Shown one piece after another: positions 32,041-44,187 of a stretch of DNA of 64,000 bases (position 1 is the first letter of the stretch; each line of letters starts with the position of its first letter). The notes below the pieces were generated by a model. It did not search any database. It was not told the origin of the DNA and saw only the letters and a program-made list of their open reading frames with translations. The stretch covers positions 1 through 64,000 of the forward strand of contig JBOFUV010000008.1 in the NCBI GenBank assembly GCA_051652765.1, in the 5' to 3' direction. The position numbers and the translations under genes are program-made. Origin of the DNA: Microcoleaceae cyanobacterium. GTDB lineage: Bacteria > Cyanobacteriota > Cyanobacteriia > Cyanobacteriales > Microcoleaceae.

Positions 32041-33243
32041 TTAGGCTTCATCTAGGGCTGCGATTCCAGGAAGTTCTTTGCCTTCTAGTAATTCTAGACT
32101 TGCGCCACCCCCTGTAGAAATATGGCTCATTTGTTCGCCTAGGCCGAGTTGTTCGACCGCAGCAACAGAATCTCCACCCCCAATGATGGTAACTGTCCCT
32201 GTTCCCGTCAGTTCTGCTAGGGTTCGGGCGATCGCCTCTGTGCCTTTAGCAAATTTTTCCATCTCAAATACACCCATAGGGCCGTTCCAGATTACGGTTT
32301 TGCAATCCGCTAGGGCCTCTTGAAAAACCTTCACAGAGTCAGGGCCAATATCTAGACCCATCCAACCGTCGGGAATCGCTTCAACGCTAACGGTTTGAGC
32401 ATTGGCATCGGGGGCAAAATTATCCGCCACGATCACATCTGTCGGGAGCAACATGGCAACCCCTTTTTCCTTGGCTTTTGCTTCCAGGGATCGGGCCAGT
32501 TCGATTTTGTCATCTTCCACTAGGGATTTGCCAACGTTCAGACCCCGAGCCTTGTAGAACGTGAAGATCATGCCGCCGCCCAGCAGCAGTTTGTCACACT
32601 TGTCCAACAACGCCTCGATCACCCCAATCTTGGAGGATACCTTGGAGCCTCCGATAATGGCAGCTAGAGGACGTTTGGGTTCATCAATTGCCCCTTGTAG
32701 AAATTGCAGCTCCTTCTCAATCAAGTACCCTGCGACAGAGGGACGGAGGTATTGAGTAACCCCTTCAGTAGACGCATGGGCCCGGTGAGCAGTTCCAAAG
32801 GCATCATTCACGTACAGGTCAGCCACGGAGGCAAGCTGTTGGGTGAATTCAGGATCATTCTCTTCCTCGCCCTCATAAAAGCGGACGTTTTCGAGTAAAA
32901 CAACGTCTCCGTTACTCATAGCCGCGACCGTTGCAGCAACGTCTGCGCCAATACAATCGTCACATTTTGTAACGGTTTTACCCAATAGTTCTGACAATCG
33001 CACAGCGACCGGAGTCAACCGCATGGATTCATTCACCTGGCCTTTGGGACGGCCAAAGTGGCTGGTGAGGATGACTTTTGCGCCTTTTGAGGTCAAGTCG
33101 TTAATCGTAGGCAGGGCGGCGCGAATCCGGGTATCATCTGTAATAGTGCCATTATCAATGGGTACGTTGAAGTCCGCCCGTACCAGTACCTTTTTGCCGG
33201 ATAGATCTGCTGCTGATAAGTTTGCTATCGTTTTCTTTGCCAC
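32041..33243 (-). CDS. pgk: Phosphoglycerate kinase
   Basis: [54 protein letters not shown] 33243 start preferred. Confidence 0.99.
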   Translation of the reverse strand: MAKKTIANLSAADLSGKKVLVRADFNVPIDNGTITDDTRIRAALPTINDLTSKGAKVILTSHFGRPKGQVNESMRLTPVAVRLSELLGKTVTKCDDCIGADVAATVAAMSNGDVVLLENVRFYEGEEENDPEFTQQLASVADLYVNDAFGTAHRAHASTEGVTQYLRPSVAGYLIEKELQFLQGAIDEPKRPLAAIIGGSKVSSKIGVIEALLDKCDKLLLGGGMIFTFYKARGLNVGKSLVEDDKIELARSLEAKAKEKGVAMLLPTDVIVADNFAPDANAQTVSVEAIPDGWMGLDIGPDSVKVFQEALADCKTVIWNGPMGVFEMEKFAKGTEAIARTLAELTGTGTVTIIGGGDSVAAVEQLGLGEQMSHISTGGGASLELLEGKELPGIAALDEA

Positions 33244-33385
33244 TGGACTAACCTCCACTATGATTCTTATGGTTTAACGCTGACTAAATTTGGGCGGAAC
33301 TAGTGACTGAAGAGATGGCGTTGATCCCATCAATACCGTTCACCGTAAACATTTTACCGGAGTCTGTGTCCCGGAGACGTGCACT

Positions 33386-33802
33386 ATGTTCAAGACAATT
33401 TTGTTCCCTGTTGATCAAAGTCGTGAAGCCCGTGAGGCAGCGGATGTTGCCCTGAACCTGGTGAAAACCTATCAGGCGAGTTTAGTGATCTTGGCTGTAA
33501 TAGAGCCAAGTGAAATCGAAGCTGGCCAAGAGCCCCATTCTGAACCCATGACATCCCCAGAAACGGTTGGTCAATTGTTGCAGGAGGCTCAGTCCATGTT
33601 TACTGAAGCTGGCGTTCAAGCAAAACTGATGGAACGGGAAGGCAAGCCTGCGTTTACAATCTGTGATGTTGCCGATGAAATTGAAGCAGATTTGATTGTG
33701 ATTGGGAGTCGTGGAACAGGGCTAACGGAGGAGGGGGCTGCTGATAGTGTGACCAACCGCATTATTAATTTATCGCCTTGTCCAGTTCTAGTAGTGCCTT
33801 GA
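33386..33802 (+). CDS. Universal stress protein
   Basis: MFKTILFPVD, GKPAFTICDVA, ADLIVIGSRG, SVT..CPVLVVP. Confidence 0.92.
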   Translation: MFKTILFPVDQSREAREAADVALNLVKTYQASLVILAVIEPSEIEAGQEPHSEPMTSPETVGQLLQEAQSMFTEAGVQAKLMEREGKPAFTICDVADEIEADLIVIGSRGTGLTEEGAADSVTNRIINLSPCPVLVVP

Positions 33803-33851
33803 GGGTCGGCTTGTTGTTGATGATGAGTCATTGATGATGAGTCATGAGTGA

Positions 33852-33963
33852 CTGTAGCAATCCTAAATCAATTACAAAACAATTAAAGCGGAGTTTGGGG
33901 ACGTTGCCTCTTCTTGGGGGCAACGTCCTCACTCTGTTCATAGGTCATTCGAGATTGTGATAG
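33852..33963. mobile_element. MITE-like element inside a 14-bp tandem repeat (TTGATGATGAGTCA)
   Basis: Left end CTGTAGCAATCCTAAATCA; inner hairpin GGGGACGTTGCCTC / GGGGCAACGTCCTC; core shared with 50170-50305. Confidence 0.55.
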
Positions 33964-34063
33964 TCATTGATGATGAGCCATTCGTTATGATTGGGTGAGT
34001 TAGGGGTCGGGAATTAGGAATATTCCCTATTTCCTAGCTCCTATTCTGCATTTGTCATTTCTT

Positions 34064-34900
34064 ATGAGTATTCAATGGTATCCCGGTCATATTGCCAAAG
34101 CCGAACGGGATTTGAAAGAACAACTCAAGCGCGTAGATGTCATCCTGGAAGTTCGGGATGCCCGAATTCCGCTGGCGACTTATCATCCTCAAGTGCCGAA
34201 CTGGGTTGGAGACAAGGCCAAGGTCTTAGTGATTAATCGCATGGATATGATTCCGGCGGACATCAAGCAACGGTGGCAAGACTGGTTTGGAATTCGTGGA
34301 GAAACGCCATACTTTACCAATGCCCAACAGGGTCAAGGGGTTGAGGCGGTTTCTCAAGCGACACAACAGGCGGGTGAACAGATGAACCAAAGGCGGCGGA
34401 GCCGGGGAATGATGCCCCGTGCTGTGCGGGCTGTTGTCATTGGCTTTCCCAACGTGGGTAAATCTGCTTTGATCAATCGATTGCTCAAACGGCGGGTCGT
34501 TGACAGTGCTAGACGGGCAGGGATCACCCGTTCCCTGCGCTGGGTGAGAATCTCTAAAACCTTGGAGCTGTTAGACGCGCCAGGGGTCATTCCCTCCCAA
34601 ATGGCAGATCAAGAGAATGCACTCAAACTAGCAATTTGTGAAGATATTGGAGAAGCGGCCTATGAAAATCAAAGGGTTGCTGTTGAAATGGTGGAACTAT
34701 TTAAGCAACTCAGTCTAGAGCAAAAATTGGGCGATCGCTATCACGTTGATTCAAGTTCAATGACCGCAGAATCCTATCTTCATCACTTGGCCCAAGAACG
34801 GTATCAAGATGACATTGAACGAGCCGCCAGACAATTGCTCAATGATTTTCGGAAGGGATTGTTGGGAGCCGTTGCTCTAGAACTTCCTCCTGGAAATTAA
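34064..34900 (+). CDS. ylqF: Ribosome biogenesis GTPase RbgA/YlqF
   Basis: IQWYPGHIAKA, EVRDARIP, GFPNVGKSALIN, LLDAPG. Confidence 0.96.
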   Translation: MSIQWYPGHIAKAERDLKEQLKRVDVILEVRDARIPLATYHPQVPNWVGDKAKVLVINRMDMIPADIKQRWQDWFGIRGETPYFTNAQQGQGVEAVSQATQQAGEQMNQRRRSRGMMPRAVRAVVIGFPNVGKSALINRLLKRRVVDSARRAGITRSLRWVRISKTLELLDAPGVIPSQMADQENALKLAICEDIGEAAYENQRVAVEMVELFKQLSLEQKLGDRYHVDSSSMTAESYLHHLAQERYQDDIERAARQLLNDFRKGLLGAVALELPPGN

Positions 34901-35176
34901 GAGTTTTAATAGATCAAGAATGAGAATTATGGAGCGCTCCCTTAAATTCCCCATGCCGCACTTCCAGAGATTCTCCGGTGAGAAAGAATTGTTCTAAGGC
35001 GATCGCTACTCACAGTTGCTGAATTCTGACCGATATTTCGCCGTTCCAACACATCAAGAAATACAAAAACTTGATAATAGTTGTTCCAACAAAGCCTGAT
35101 TTCTTAGTTTTAGAAATCTAAGCCCTCCCCGTTAAGAATCTTAGAGATCTCAACTGGCAATCTTGACCTGAATGCA

Positions 35177-36094
35177 ATGACAAATTCTGCCGTGTTGGAA
35201 AACTTTCGAGGTGAATTTGCTGCCCTAACGGCTGCATTTCTCTGGTCAATTGCTTCAGTGGTTTACAGTCAGCTCGGCCAAAAGATTCCGCCGATTGGCC
35301 TGAATCTAGTCAAAGGCGTGATCGCTCTTGGGTTCTTGGGACTCACCCTCCTCATCCAGGGAAAAAACTTCCCAACCGTTGGGGGTATAGCAGTCAATTT
35401 ACTTTTACTCAGTGGACTAATCGGCATTGGGATTGGCGACAGTGCTTATTTTGCTACGTTGAATTGTTTGGGGCCGCGACGGGCTTTGTTGATGGAAACC
35501 TTGGCCCCGCCGTTAACGGCAATTCTTGCCTTCATTTTTTTGCAAGAACGATTGTCCCTGATGGGATGGGGCGGCATTTTATTAACGGTGTTGGGGGTCG
35601 CTTGGGTGGTAACAGAACGGGTCACGATCGGTACCGTACCCAGCGCCAATCAATTTCAAGGATTGGGTTATGGGTTGATTGCCGAATTTTGTCAGGCCAT
35701 AGGGGCTATCCTCTCTCACTATGCCTTGACTCAAACAGCGATTAGTCCGCTGTGGAGTACGTTTCTGAGATTATCTGGAGGCGTTGTTGTTCTATTCTTG
35801 TGGTTACTGGCTCGTCCGACCAACCTACAACGATTACTGCCTCCGCTCCTTTCCTGGCGAGTCGTTGGGATTATTTCTCTGGCTACCTTTTTGGGCACCT
35901 ATCTGGGAATCTGGCTGCAACAAACTGCATTTAAATTCACGGCAGCGGGCATTGCCCAAGCCCTATGTTCAACGAGTCCGCTATTTGTATTGCCTATTGC
36001 CGTCTGGATGGGCGATCACGTCAGTTCAAGGGCAATCCTAGGGGCTTTAGTCGCAGTTGTCGGAGTGATTCTCCTATTTCAAGGAGCAAACTGA
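35177..36094 (+). CDS. DMT/EamA family transporter
   Basis: About 10 TM helices in two repeats; GEFAALTAAFLW, LSGLIGIGIGD, STSPLF. Confidence 0.9.
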   Translation: MTNSAVLENFRGEFAALTAAFLWSIASVVYSQLGQKIPPIGLNLVKGVIALGFLGLTLLIQGKNFPTVGGIAVNLLLLSGLIGIGIGDSAYFATLNCLGPRRALLMETLAPPLTAILAFIFLQERLSLMGWGGILLTVLGVAWVVTERVTIGTVPSANQFQGLGYGLIAEFCQAIGAILSHYALTQTAISPLWSTFLRLSGGVVVLFLWLLARPTNLQRLLPPLLSWRVVGIISLATFLGTYLGIWLQQTAFKFTAAGIAQALCSTSPLFVLPIAVWMGDHVSSRAILGALVAVVGVILLFQGAN

Positions 36095-36098
36095 GTGA

Positions 36099-37652
<1,554 letters not shown>

Positions 37653-37696
37653 GACTCAGCACCTGCGGGGTTGGAAGTTTGAACAGAACGTCCAAC

Positions 37697-37752
37697 TCCA
37701 AAGTTCAACCTTCAAAGTTCAACCTTCAAAGGTCAACCTCCAAGGTTCCAAA
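37697..37752. repeat. 14-bp tandem repeat (CAAAGTTCAACCTT), about 3.5 units
   Basis: Seen between the beta and epsilon genes. Confidence 0.8.
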
Positions 37753-37799
37753 CGTCGTGACTGCGACTGTTTAACTTTTGTATTGATAACCTTCAACCT

Positions 37800-38207
37800 A
37801 TGGCACTAACCGTTCGAGTCATTTCCCCTAACAAAACCGTTTGGGATGGCCAAGCAGATGAAGTCATTCTTCCCAGCACAACAGGGCAACTGGGAATCTT
37901 AGCCGGTCACGCGCCAATGTTAACTGCCCTTGATACCGGCGTAATGCGGTTACGAACTAAGAATGAGTGGGTTCCAATCGTATTGCTCGGTGGGTTTGCA
38001 GAAATTGAAGAAGATGAAGTTACGGTTTTGGTAAACGGAGCAGAGCCCGGTAGTAATATCGATTTGGAAACAGCTCGTACTGCTTATACCAATGCCCAAG
38101 CTGCCTTAACAAAATCCGAGACCGGAACTCAGCAGGAAAAAATCAAAGCTAAAAATTCAGTTAAGCGAGCTAGGGCTAGGTTTCAAGCTGCAGGTGGCTT
38201 AGTTTAG
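37800..38207 (+). CDS. atpC: F1 ATP synthase subunit epsilon (cyanobacterial atpE)
   Basis: [30 protein letters not shown]; follows beta. Confidence 0.98.
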   Translation: MALTVRVISPNKTVWDGQADEVILPSTTGQLGILAGHAPMLTALDTGVMRLRTKNEWVPIVLLGGFAEIEEDEVTVLVNGAEPGSNIDLETARTAYTNAQAALTKSETGTQQEKIKAKNSVKRARARFQAAGGLV

Positions 38208-38583
38208 ATCTAGTTAGTTTAGATCTAGTCACTGTTTGTTACCATGATTTTTAATGGAGACTTTCTGTAGAAGGTTTCTATGGCACTCTCAAATCATTCA
38301 TGAGGTGGGATTTGGGCATGTTTTCCCTGCTTTGGGACAAATTTCCCAAACCCGCTTTGATTTTTTAACTTATTTTCTTAATTTATTTTTCTTAACTTAT
38401 TTTTTGTAATTTATGTTTGTAACGTATTGCTGTAATTGATATTCGTAACTTATTTAAAATTGCCCTATCATTTTGGCGGTTGGTGATTGGTTAGTATGCT
38501 CCACAACTGACAACTTTCCCAGATCACGGCGGAGAATATAGGGCTTAGCCGCTGCACTGCAAGGGGAAGTAATCCCCCTGAAT

Positions 38584-39849
38584 TTACAAATTCGGGCCAA
38601 CCAAAGAGAGATAAGGCTCCATCCCAAAGTAACGTTGGGCAGCGGTATGGGCTTCAGCGGTTGTAACCTGAGCAATGTCAGCTTGAAACTGAGTATCAAA
38701 TTCCAGCCCCAACCCTAGAATTTCGTACCAGCCATAAATTTGCGCGAGTTGACCATTCGTTTGTTTTCCTAGGGCATACTGGCCCAGTAGTTTGTTTTTC
38801 GCAACTTGGAGTTCATCTTCAGTCAAAGGGGCCGCCACCAACCGTTCAACTTCAGTCCGTAAACCCTCCGTGGCGATCGCCGTATTCTCAGGGGCAGTGC
38901 CGATATAAACGACAAACTGGGATTCATCTAAACGGGTGGGATAAAAGGCGGAAACATCATAGGCCAGCCCTCGCTTTTCCCGTAATTCCACAAACAGACG
39001 GCTTGATAATCCATTGCCAAGGTAAGTGTTCAAGAGCTTGAGAGCCAGATAATCTGGATGATGTACAGAACTGGCAAGGTAACCCAGCATAATCACAGAT
39101 TGCTGAGTGGGTCGAGATAGGGTTACGGTTTGGGGGTTCGGAATGACAGCGGCCAGGTTTAATTCTGGCAAAGCGATGTCAGGAATCGGCCAATCCCCAA
39201 AAATCTGTTCAACTTTCTCTAGGGCAAAATCTACAGTAATTCGACCTGCGATAGACAAAATCACGTTGTCTGGGCGAAAGTAGGTTTGGTGGTAGGCTTG
39301 TACGTCAGCTCGACTCAACTGAGCAACGGTTTCTTCTGTTCCCAGGCTGGATAGGGCGTAAGGATGATCTTGGTACATCATTTGCCGCAACTGTTCAAAG
39401 GCAATGGAAAAGGGTTGTTCTTGCTGAGATCGGATGCCTTGAATGGTAATGCGACGTTCCAGCTCAATTTCTGCTTCCGGAAAGGAGGGCGATCGCAATA
39501 GTTCTGCTGCTAAACTAAGAACTTCACCAAAATCTGCCGAGACGGTTTTCAAGCTGATCAAAAAGTAGTCATTGGCTGCATCTGCACTGAGTCGTGCGCC
39601 AATAGATTCTACCCGCTCTGCAATTTCTAAAGAAGAGAGCTGTTCTGTTCCTTTGGTCATTACAGTTGCCAGTAGATGGGAGACTCCTGCTTGTTCTCGA
39701 CTTTCCCAGCGGCTCCCTGTCCGGAGAAAAATCCGAGCTGATACAATATCTGCGGCTGGGTTTTCTGTTACCAACAACACCAAACCATTGGGCAGAACTT
39801 GACGATGAACGTGTTGATGAAGCGTAGATTGACTTAGAGTTTGAGTCAC
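38584..39849 (-). CDS. M16 (pitrilysin/insulinase) family protein lacking HxxEH
   Basis: LPNGLVLLV, HLLATVMTKGT, HPY..GT.E.V, SSRLFVELREKRGLAY; GTG 39849 start preferred. Confidence 0.88.
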   Translation of the reverse strand: MTQTLSQSTLHQHVHRQVLPNGLVLLVTENPAADIVSARIFLRTGSRWESREQAGVSHLLATVMTKGTEQLSSLEIAERVESIGARLSADAANDYFLISLKTVSADFGEVLSLAAELLRSPSFPEAEIELERRITIQGIRSQQEQPFSIAFEQLRQMMYQDHPYALSSLGTEETVAQLSRADVQAYHQTYFRPDNVILSIAGRITVDFALEKVEQIFGDWPIPDIALPELNLAAVIPNPQTVTLSRPTQQSVIMLGYLASSVHHPDYLALKLLNTYLGNGLSSRLFVELREKRGLAYDVSAFYPTRLDESQFVVYIGTAPENTAIATEGLRTEVERLVAAPLTEDELQVAKNKLLGQYALGKQTNGQLAQIYGWYEILGLGLEFDTQFQADIAQVTTAEAHTAAQRYFGMEPYLSLVGPNL

Positions 39850-39910
39850 AGTTTGATCAGTTAATTTCAAGGACAGATTATCAGGTTTTAGCACAGCTCT
39901 TCTAGTTCGA

Positions 39911-40513
39911 TCAGTCAATTTTCTCACCACTGAGAATAAACATGGGATTTACGGCTTCAAAGGTTTGGTGACTGCCTCGCCGTTCCAAACGATTAATTGA
40001 GGATTGCACCACTTCAACACCCCGAACGTGCAACTCCGCAAACCCCTCAGAAATACTGTAAAGACTTTCGAGATTGGAAGCTGTCGCCACAATCCTTCCC
40101 CCTGGCTGGAGCCGATGCCAGACTTCGGTCAAAATGGCTTTGATCGCTTTGCCCCCCTCTAGACAGACTCGATGGGGTGCATCCGGCAAATCCTTGAGAC
40201 ATTCAGGGGCGCTGCCTTCGATCACATCAACGTTTGTGACTTCAAAGCGATCGCAATTTTTGCGGATCAGGCTGGCAACTTCCTCATCCCGTTCAACTGC
40301 GATAATCCGACCTTGGGGACAGAGTAATCCTGTTTCTACTGGAATCGTACCTGTGCCTGCACCAATATCCCAGACAATAGAATCCCGTTGAAGCCGCAAA
40401 CAGGAGATCAACAACAACCGCACCTCTCGTTTGCTCAAGGGAATTCCGGGAAGCCGTTCAAATAGTTCATCTGGAATGCCGGGAGTGATATAGGGCCAGA
40501 GTTTAGAAGGCAT
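39911..40513 (-). CDS. cbiT: Precorrin-6Y C5,15-methyltransferase subunit CbiT
   Basis: PGIPDELF, SKREVR, WDIGAGTGTI, GSAPECL. Confidence 0.92.
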   Translation of the reverse strand: MPSKLWPYITPGIPDELFERLPGIPLSKREVRLLLISCLRLQRDSIVWDIGAGTGTIPVETGLLCPQGRIIAVERDEEVASLIRKNCDRFEVTNVDVIEGSAPECLKDLPDAPHRVCLEGGKAIKAILTEVWHRLQPGGRIVATASNLESLYSISEGFAELHVRGVEVVQSSINRLERRGSHQTFEAVNPMFILSGEKID

Positions 40514-40578
40514 AGCTAAGTAGGGGGTTAGGGATGGGTCTACTTCGTTAGTCTAATCGGTAGGAATAAAGGTTCTAA

Positions 40579-42159
40579 TCAACTTCCTGAACCTGCTACA
40601 ACGCGCAGGGTTTTTAATGTAGAATCCCCGCAGCCTGTGACCGTTCCACCACATTCCATAACCTGTTTCAGATAGTTGACTGCTTTCGAGGTAATTCGTT
40701 CTCCAGGTAACAAAATTGGGATTCCAGGGGGATAAGGACAAACACATTCAGTACTCAGCCAACCGATCGCCTGACTCACCAACCGCACTTCTGATTTGGC
40801 AAAGAAAGCAGCCCGAGGGAAGACCGGGTCAAAGGCAGACTGAATCAGGAAGTCAAATCGGAAAAACTCAGAAGTAGAAGGGGCTTGAGTGTAAGCTTGA
40901 GCAAGTTGTTCAAACCCCTGAACCAAATGTTGGATATCCTGTTCCGTATTGCCTAGGCTCACCATAAAAGTCAGGTGACTCAAACTGGGCAGTTCAGCCG
41001 TGACTCCGAGTTGTTCATGGAGGATCTCATCTGCAGCATAACCACTCAGTCCTAGGCCGGTGACTTTAACTGTCAGACGAGTCGGATCGAGGCCAATGCC
41101 CTCAACAGTCTTAACATCTAAACCTGGAAGACCTAGGTATGGAAGACCTAGGTATGGAAGACCTAAATCTGGAAGACCATGGTCAGGATGTTTGCTCAGT
41201 GACTGTTCAAACACGGCAATCCCAGAAATTTTCTGAAGTCCGGCTTTTGCTTGCTGAGCTAATTGTAACGTTCTCTCCAATAAATATTGACCTTGAGTTG
41301 CCATCTGGTGACGGGCCGCGTCCAAGGAGGCTAGGAGTAAGTAACTGGGACTGGTAGACTGCATCAGTTGCAGCGCTTGACTGAGTCGTTGGCGATCAAT
41401 GCGATCCCCTTGAACATGCAACATAGACGATTGAGTCATCGCCCCTAGAACCTTGTGAGTAGACTGAACCGTTAAATCTGCCCCTGCCACTAACGCCGGA
41501 GTTGGTAACTTGGGATGAAAAGCAAAATGAGCCCCGTGGGCTTCATCAACCAAGAGCGGAATATTAGATTGATGAGTGATTTTAGCGATCGCTGCAATAT
41601 CGCTACAAATTCCCTGATAGGTTGGTGAAACAATCAGCACAGCCTTAGCATCTGGATGGGCTTGTAGCCCTTGAGCAATAGTCTGAGGCGTGACAGTTCC
41701 TACCATGTCCCAGTCTGAATCGTACTCAGGGGTGGTAAAGATAGCAGTCGCTCCCGACAGAATCAATCCAGAAATTACTGACTGATGGGCATTCCGGGGA
41801 ACGATAATTTTAGTTTGATTAGGTCTATGTTCTGGATTGTTTGCTGTTCCACAAGTTGCCAGGATTGCAGCAACAATTCCAGCCGTGGAACCGTTAACGA
41901 GAAACCAGGTTTGCTCGGCTCCAAAGGCTTCGGCTGCAAGCTCTTGAGCCTGTTGAATGACACCATCCGGAGCAAATAGGTTATCGAGTTCAGGGAGTTC
42001 GGGTAAGTCCGCTTGGAACACCTGGGAACCCAGGGAGTCTTTTAAGCGTTGAGAGATTCCCTGACCGCGTTTGTGTCCCGGTGCATAAAACGGGGCATGG
42101 GGTCGTTGAGCGGAGCGGTTCAACTGGTCTAGCAGGGGAACTTGAGTCTGATCAAGCAT
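40579..42159 (-). CDS. Orn/Lys/Arg decarboxylase (PLP-dependent, class I)
   Basis: PGHKRG, LVNGST, RNAHQS, VDEAHGAH, QSTHK (PLP Lys), STSPSY, PYPPGIP. Confidence 0.9.
   Translation of the reverse strand: MLDQTQVPLLDQLNRSAQRPHAPFYAPGHKRGQGISQRLKDSLGSQVFQADLPELPELDNLFAPDGVIQQAQELAAEAFGAEQTWFLVNGSTAGIVAAILATCGTANNPEHRPNQTKIIVPRNAHQSVISGLILSGATAIFTTPEYDSDWDMVGTVTPQTIAQGLQAHPDAKAVLIVSPTYQGICSDIAAIAKITHQSNIPLLVDEAHGAHFAFHPKLPTPALVAGADLTVQSTHKVLGAMTQSSMLHVQGDRIDRQRLSQALQLMQSTSPSYLLLASLDAARHQMATQGQYLLERTLQLAQQAKAGLQKISGIAVFEQSLSKHPDHGLPDLGLPYLGLPYLGLPGLDVKTVEGIGLDPTRLTVKVTGLGLSGYAADEILHEQLGVTAELPSLSHLTFMVSLGNTEQDIQHLVQGFEQLAQAYTQAPSTSEFFRFDFLIQSAFDPVFPRAAFFAKSEVRLVSQAIGWLSTECVCPYPPGIPILLPGERITSKAVNYLKQVMECGGTVTGCGDSTLKTLRVVAGSGS
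41119..41178 (-). repeat. In-frame 15-bp tandem repeat x4 (GLPDL/GLPYL/GLPYL/GLPGL)
   Basis: TGGAAGACC recurs with 15-bp period. Confidence 0.9.
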
Positions 42160-42210
42160 GGGTTATCCTTCGCGTCGAGTTCGCGTCGAGACTGATTCAG
42201 TTTGCAAATT

Positions 42211-42336
42211 GTGAATTTGTATACGTCAACTGACAAATGTCAACTTGCAAATGTCAGCTTGTAAGTGTCAACTGACAAGTGTCAGCTTGTATACGTCAAC
42301 TGACAAGTGTCAGCTTGTAAATATCAACTTGCAAAC
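42211..42336. repeat. 14-bp tandem array, about 9 units, with alternating A/B variants
   Basis: Contiguous GTCAACTGACAAGT / GTCAGCTTGTAwrY units with no spacers. Confidence 0.9.
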
Positions 42337-42653
42337 GTTAATCTTTGATACTCGCCAACGCTGTTCAGAAAGAGAGGACTAAACTTATGAATAGAGAGTG
42401 AACCTTAACTGTATAGAACCTTAACTGTATAAATGACAACAGAATAGCCTATAATGCTGGGACAGATTTTCTGAGGAAAATCCCTGAAAAAAAGTTCTAG
42501 ATAAAAAGCAGTCCTTGATTTCTTAACACTTTGATGAATTCTTGGCTACTCAAACTTCCATGTAGTGGCGAGGTAACTTCGCCTGTACCAGGTAAAATTG
42601 CCGTAGTAGATCAGTCATTTCATTAATGAATGCCCTCAATTCTAACCTGAATT

Positions 42654-43355
42654 ATGAATGCAACTAACCTTGACTCGTCAGATCTCCCCTTGCAAAGTGA
42701 ACCGATTGTTGATGAACCGATTGTTAATGAACCGATTGTTAATGAACCGATTGTTAATGAACCGATTGTTAATGAACCGATTATTACGGATGGCAATCCA
42801 TCCCGCCCAAAAAATCCTAATACTTTTGTCAACAAAGAGGACATTCTAGCAAGGGCAGAGGATCGACGAAATCTATGTCGCATTATGAGCTGGGCCCATA
42901 TTTACATTTCAGTTCGCTGGTCGAATACTAATTTGTATATCGGCATTCCTAGCACAATATTCGCGGCGATCGCCAGTGTTCAAGCCATCTCTGAGCTGAA
43001 TAGTGGAGATACGTCCTTGAAATTGCTCAGCATTTTATTCTCAGTAATTGTTGCGGGTTTAGCACCACTGTTAACGTTTCTTAATCCCAGTGAAAAGGCC
43101 GGAGAGAACAGAGTTGCCTCTCGAGTATACGAACAATTGGCCGATCGATATGATGCCTTTATTCTCAGATGTCAATTAGAACCTCGCAGCATCCAAGAAG
43201 AATTGAATGAATTGGTGCAGATCAACCAGGATTATGTTGAGGCGAAGAAACCCCTACCTGTAACCCCAGAATGGGCATACCGGAAAGCAAAATCAACTGC
43301 CTCTGATCGAGGTACCATAGCTCCAATGGCGACTCAGCACCAAAGCAAGGCTTAA
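42654..43355 (+). CDS. SLATT-like two-TM domain protein
   Basis: AH...RW..NLYIGIPSTIFAAIAS (TM1), SILFSVIVAGLAPLLTFLNPSEKA...Y..L (TM2 plus FLNP motif), P.TPEWAYRKA. Confidence 0.7.
   Translation: MNATNLDSSDLPLQSEPIVDEPIVNEPIVNEPIVNEPIVNEPIITDGNPSRPKNPNTFVNKEDILARAEDRRNLCRIMSWAHIYISVRWSNTNLYIGIPSTIFAAIASVQAISELNSGDTSLKLLSILFSVIVAGLAPLLTFLNPSEKAGENRVASRVYEQLADRYDAFILRCQLEPRSIQEELNELVQINQDYVEAKKPLPVTPEWAYRKAKSTASDRGTIAPMATQHQSKA
42699..42788 (+). repeat. In-frame 15-bp tandem repeat x6 (EPIVN)
   Basis: GAACCGATTGTTAAT units. Confidence 0.95.
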
Positions 43356-43456
43356 ACGCTGACTCACAACCTGTTCTTGATAGGTTTTTGAGCACTTCAA
43401 ATCTTTGCGTAGGGGTGAGGTGACCTTGCCCTTAATCTGATCAAAATTACAGGTTC

Positions 43457-44107
43457 ATGCAGGTTGATTTAGAAGGATTAGAAATTACTCCAGGAGAACT
43501 GCGCCATCTGAGTGGCTTCAGTCCACAGCATTTCTATCGTCCCGTAACTCGGAAAAAACTGACTTGGGAAGTGAGTAAAACCCTGATCGCAGGAGGATTA
43601 ACTTTTTTAAGTTATGGAATTCTTTCATTTATTTTCCCAAGCTATTCTAGGTTGAACCTTTTAATTCATCTAGTGCTTGGGATAGGGTTAATTGTTGATG
43701 ATGCTTATAAGATACTCACAACATTGACCCATCAAAATTTAATCCACATTTTTGAGGATGTTGACCGTTACAATGCCATGGTCAAAGCAGTCGATATTTA
43801 CGATGAAATTGCTACAGTTGGTGAGACTCAACCTCAGTTAAATCATCGATTAGAGGTCTTGAATGCCTTGAGAATTCTCCGAGAGGATTTGGTTCGAGCC
43901 TTGAGAACCGAGTGTATTTTGAGAAAAAATCGTCGTTTTTTAGCCGAGCATCAGGATTTGTTTGTGACTAATTTAAATACTTTAGCAGCCTTGCAAATCA
44001 GCGATCGCGCCACTGAACATGGACGGTTACTCAACGAAGCCCTCAAACTAGCCACAGATATTCAGGCAAAAGTTCAAGAGCTACAAGAGAAACAAATAAA
44101 ACATTAG
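43457..44107 (+). CDS. Hypothetical two-TM membrane protein with a coiled-coil C-terminus
   Basis: 216-aa ORF with two hydrophobic segments and a helical tail (REDLVRALRTECILRKN). Confidence 0.7.
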   Translation: MQVDLEGLEITPGELRHLSGFSPQHFYRPVTRKKLTWEVSKTLIAGGLTFLSYGILSFIFPSYSRLNLLIHLVLGIGLIVDDAYKILTTLTHQNLIHIFEDVDRYNAMVKAVDIYDEIATVGETQPQLNHRLEVLNALRILREDLVRALRTECILRKNRRFLAEHQDLFVTNLNTLAALQISDRATEHGRLLNEALKLATDIQAKVQELQEKQIKH

Positions 44108-44187
44108 AGATATTTGAAAACTCTCACTATTCGTAGCACAATGATTGATGAGAAAGTTCCTGAAATTATATTAGATTTATTGCAATC

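Noticed and set aside
34901..35176. Small gene or remnant between ylqF and the DMT gene
   Set aside because: Only short open frames without a credible start or motif
42211..42336. Possible CRISPR array
   Set aside because: Units are 14 bp and contiguous with no unique spacers, and there are no cas genes in the window
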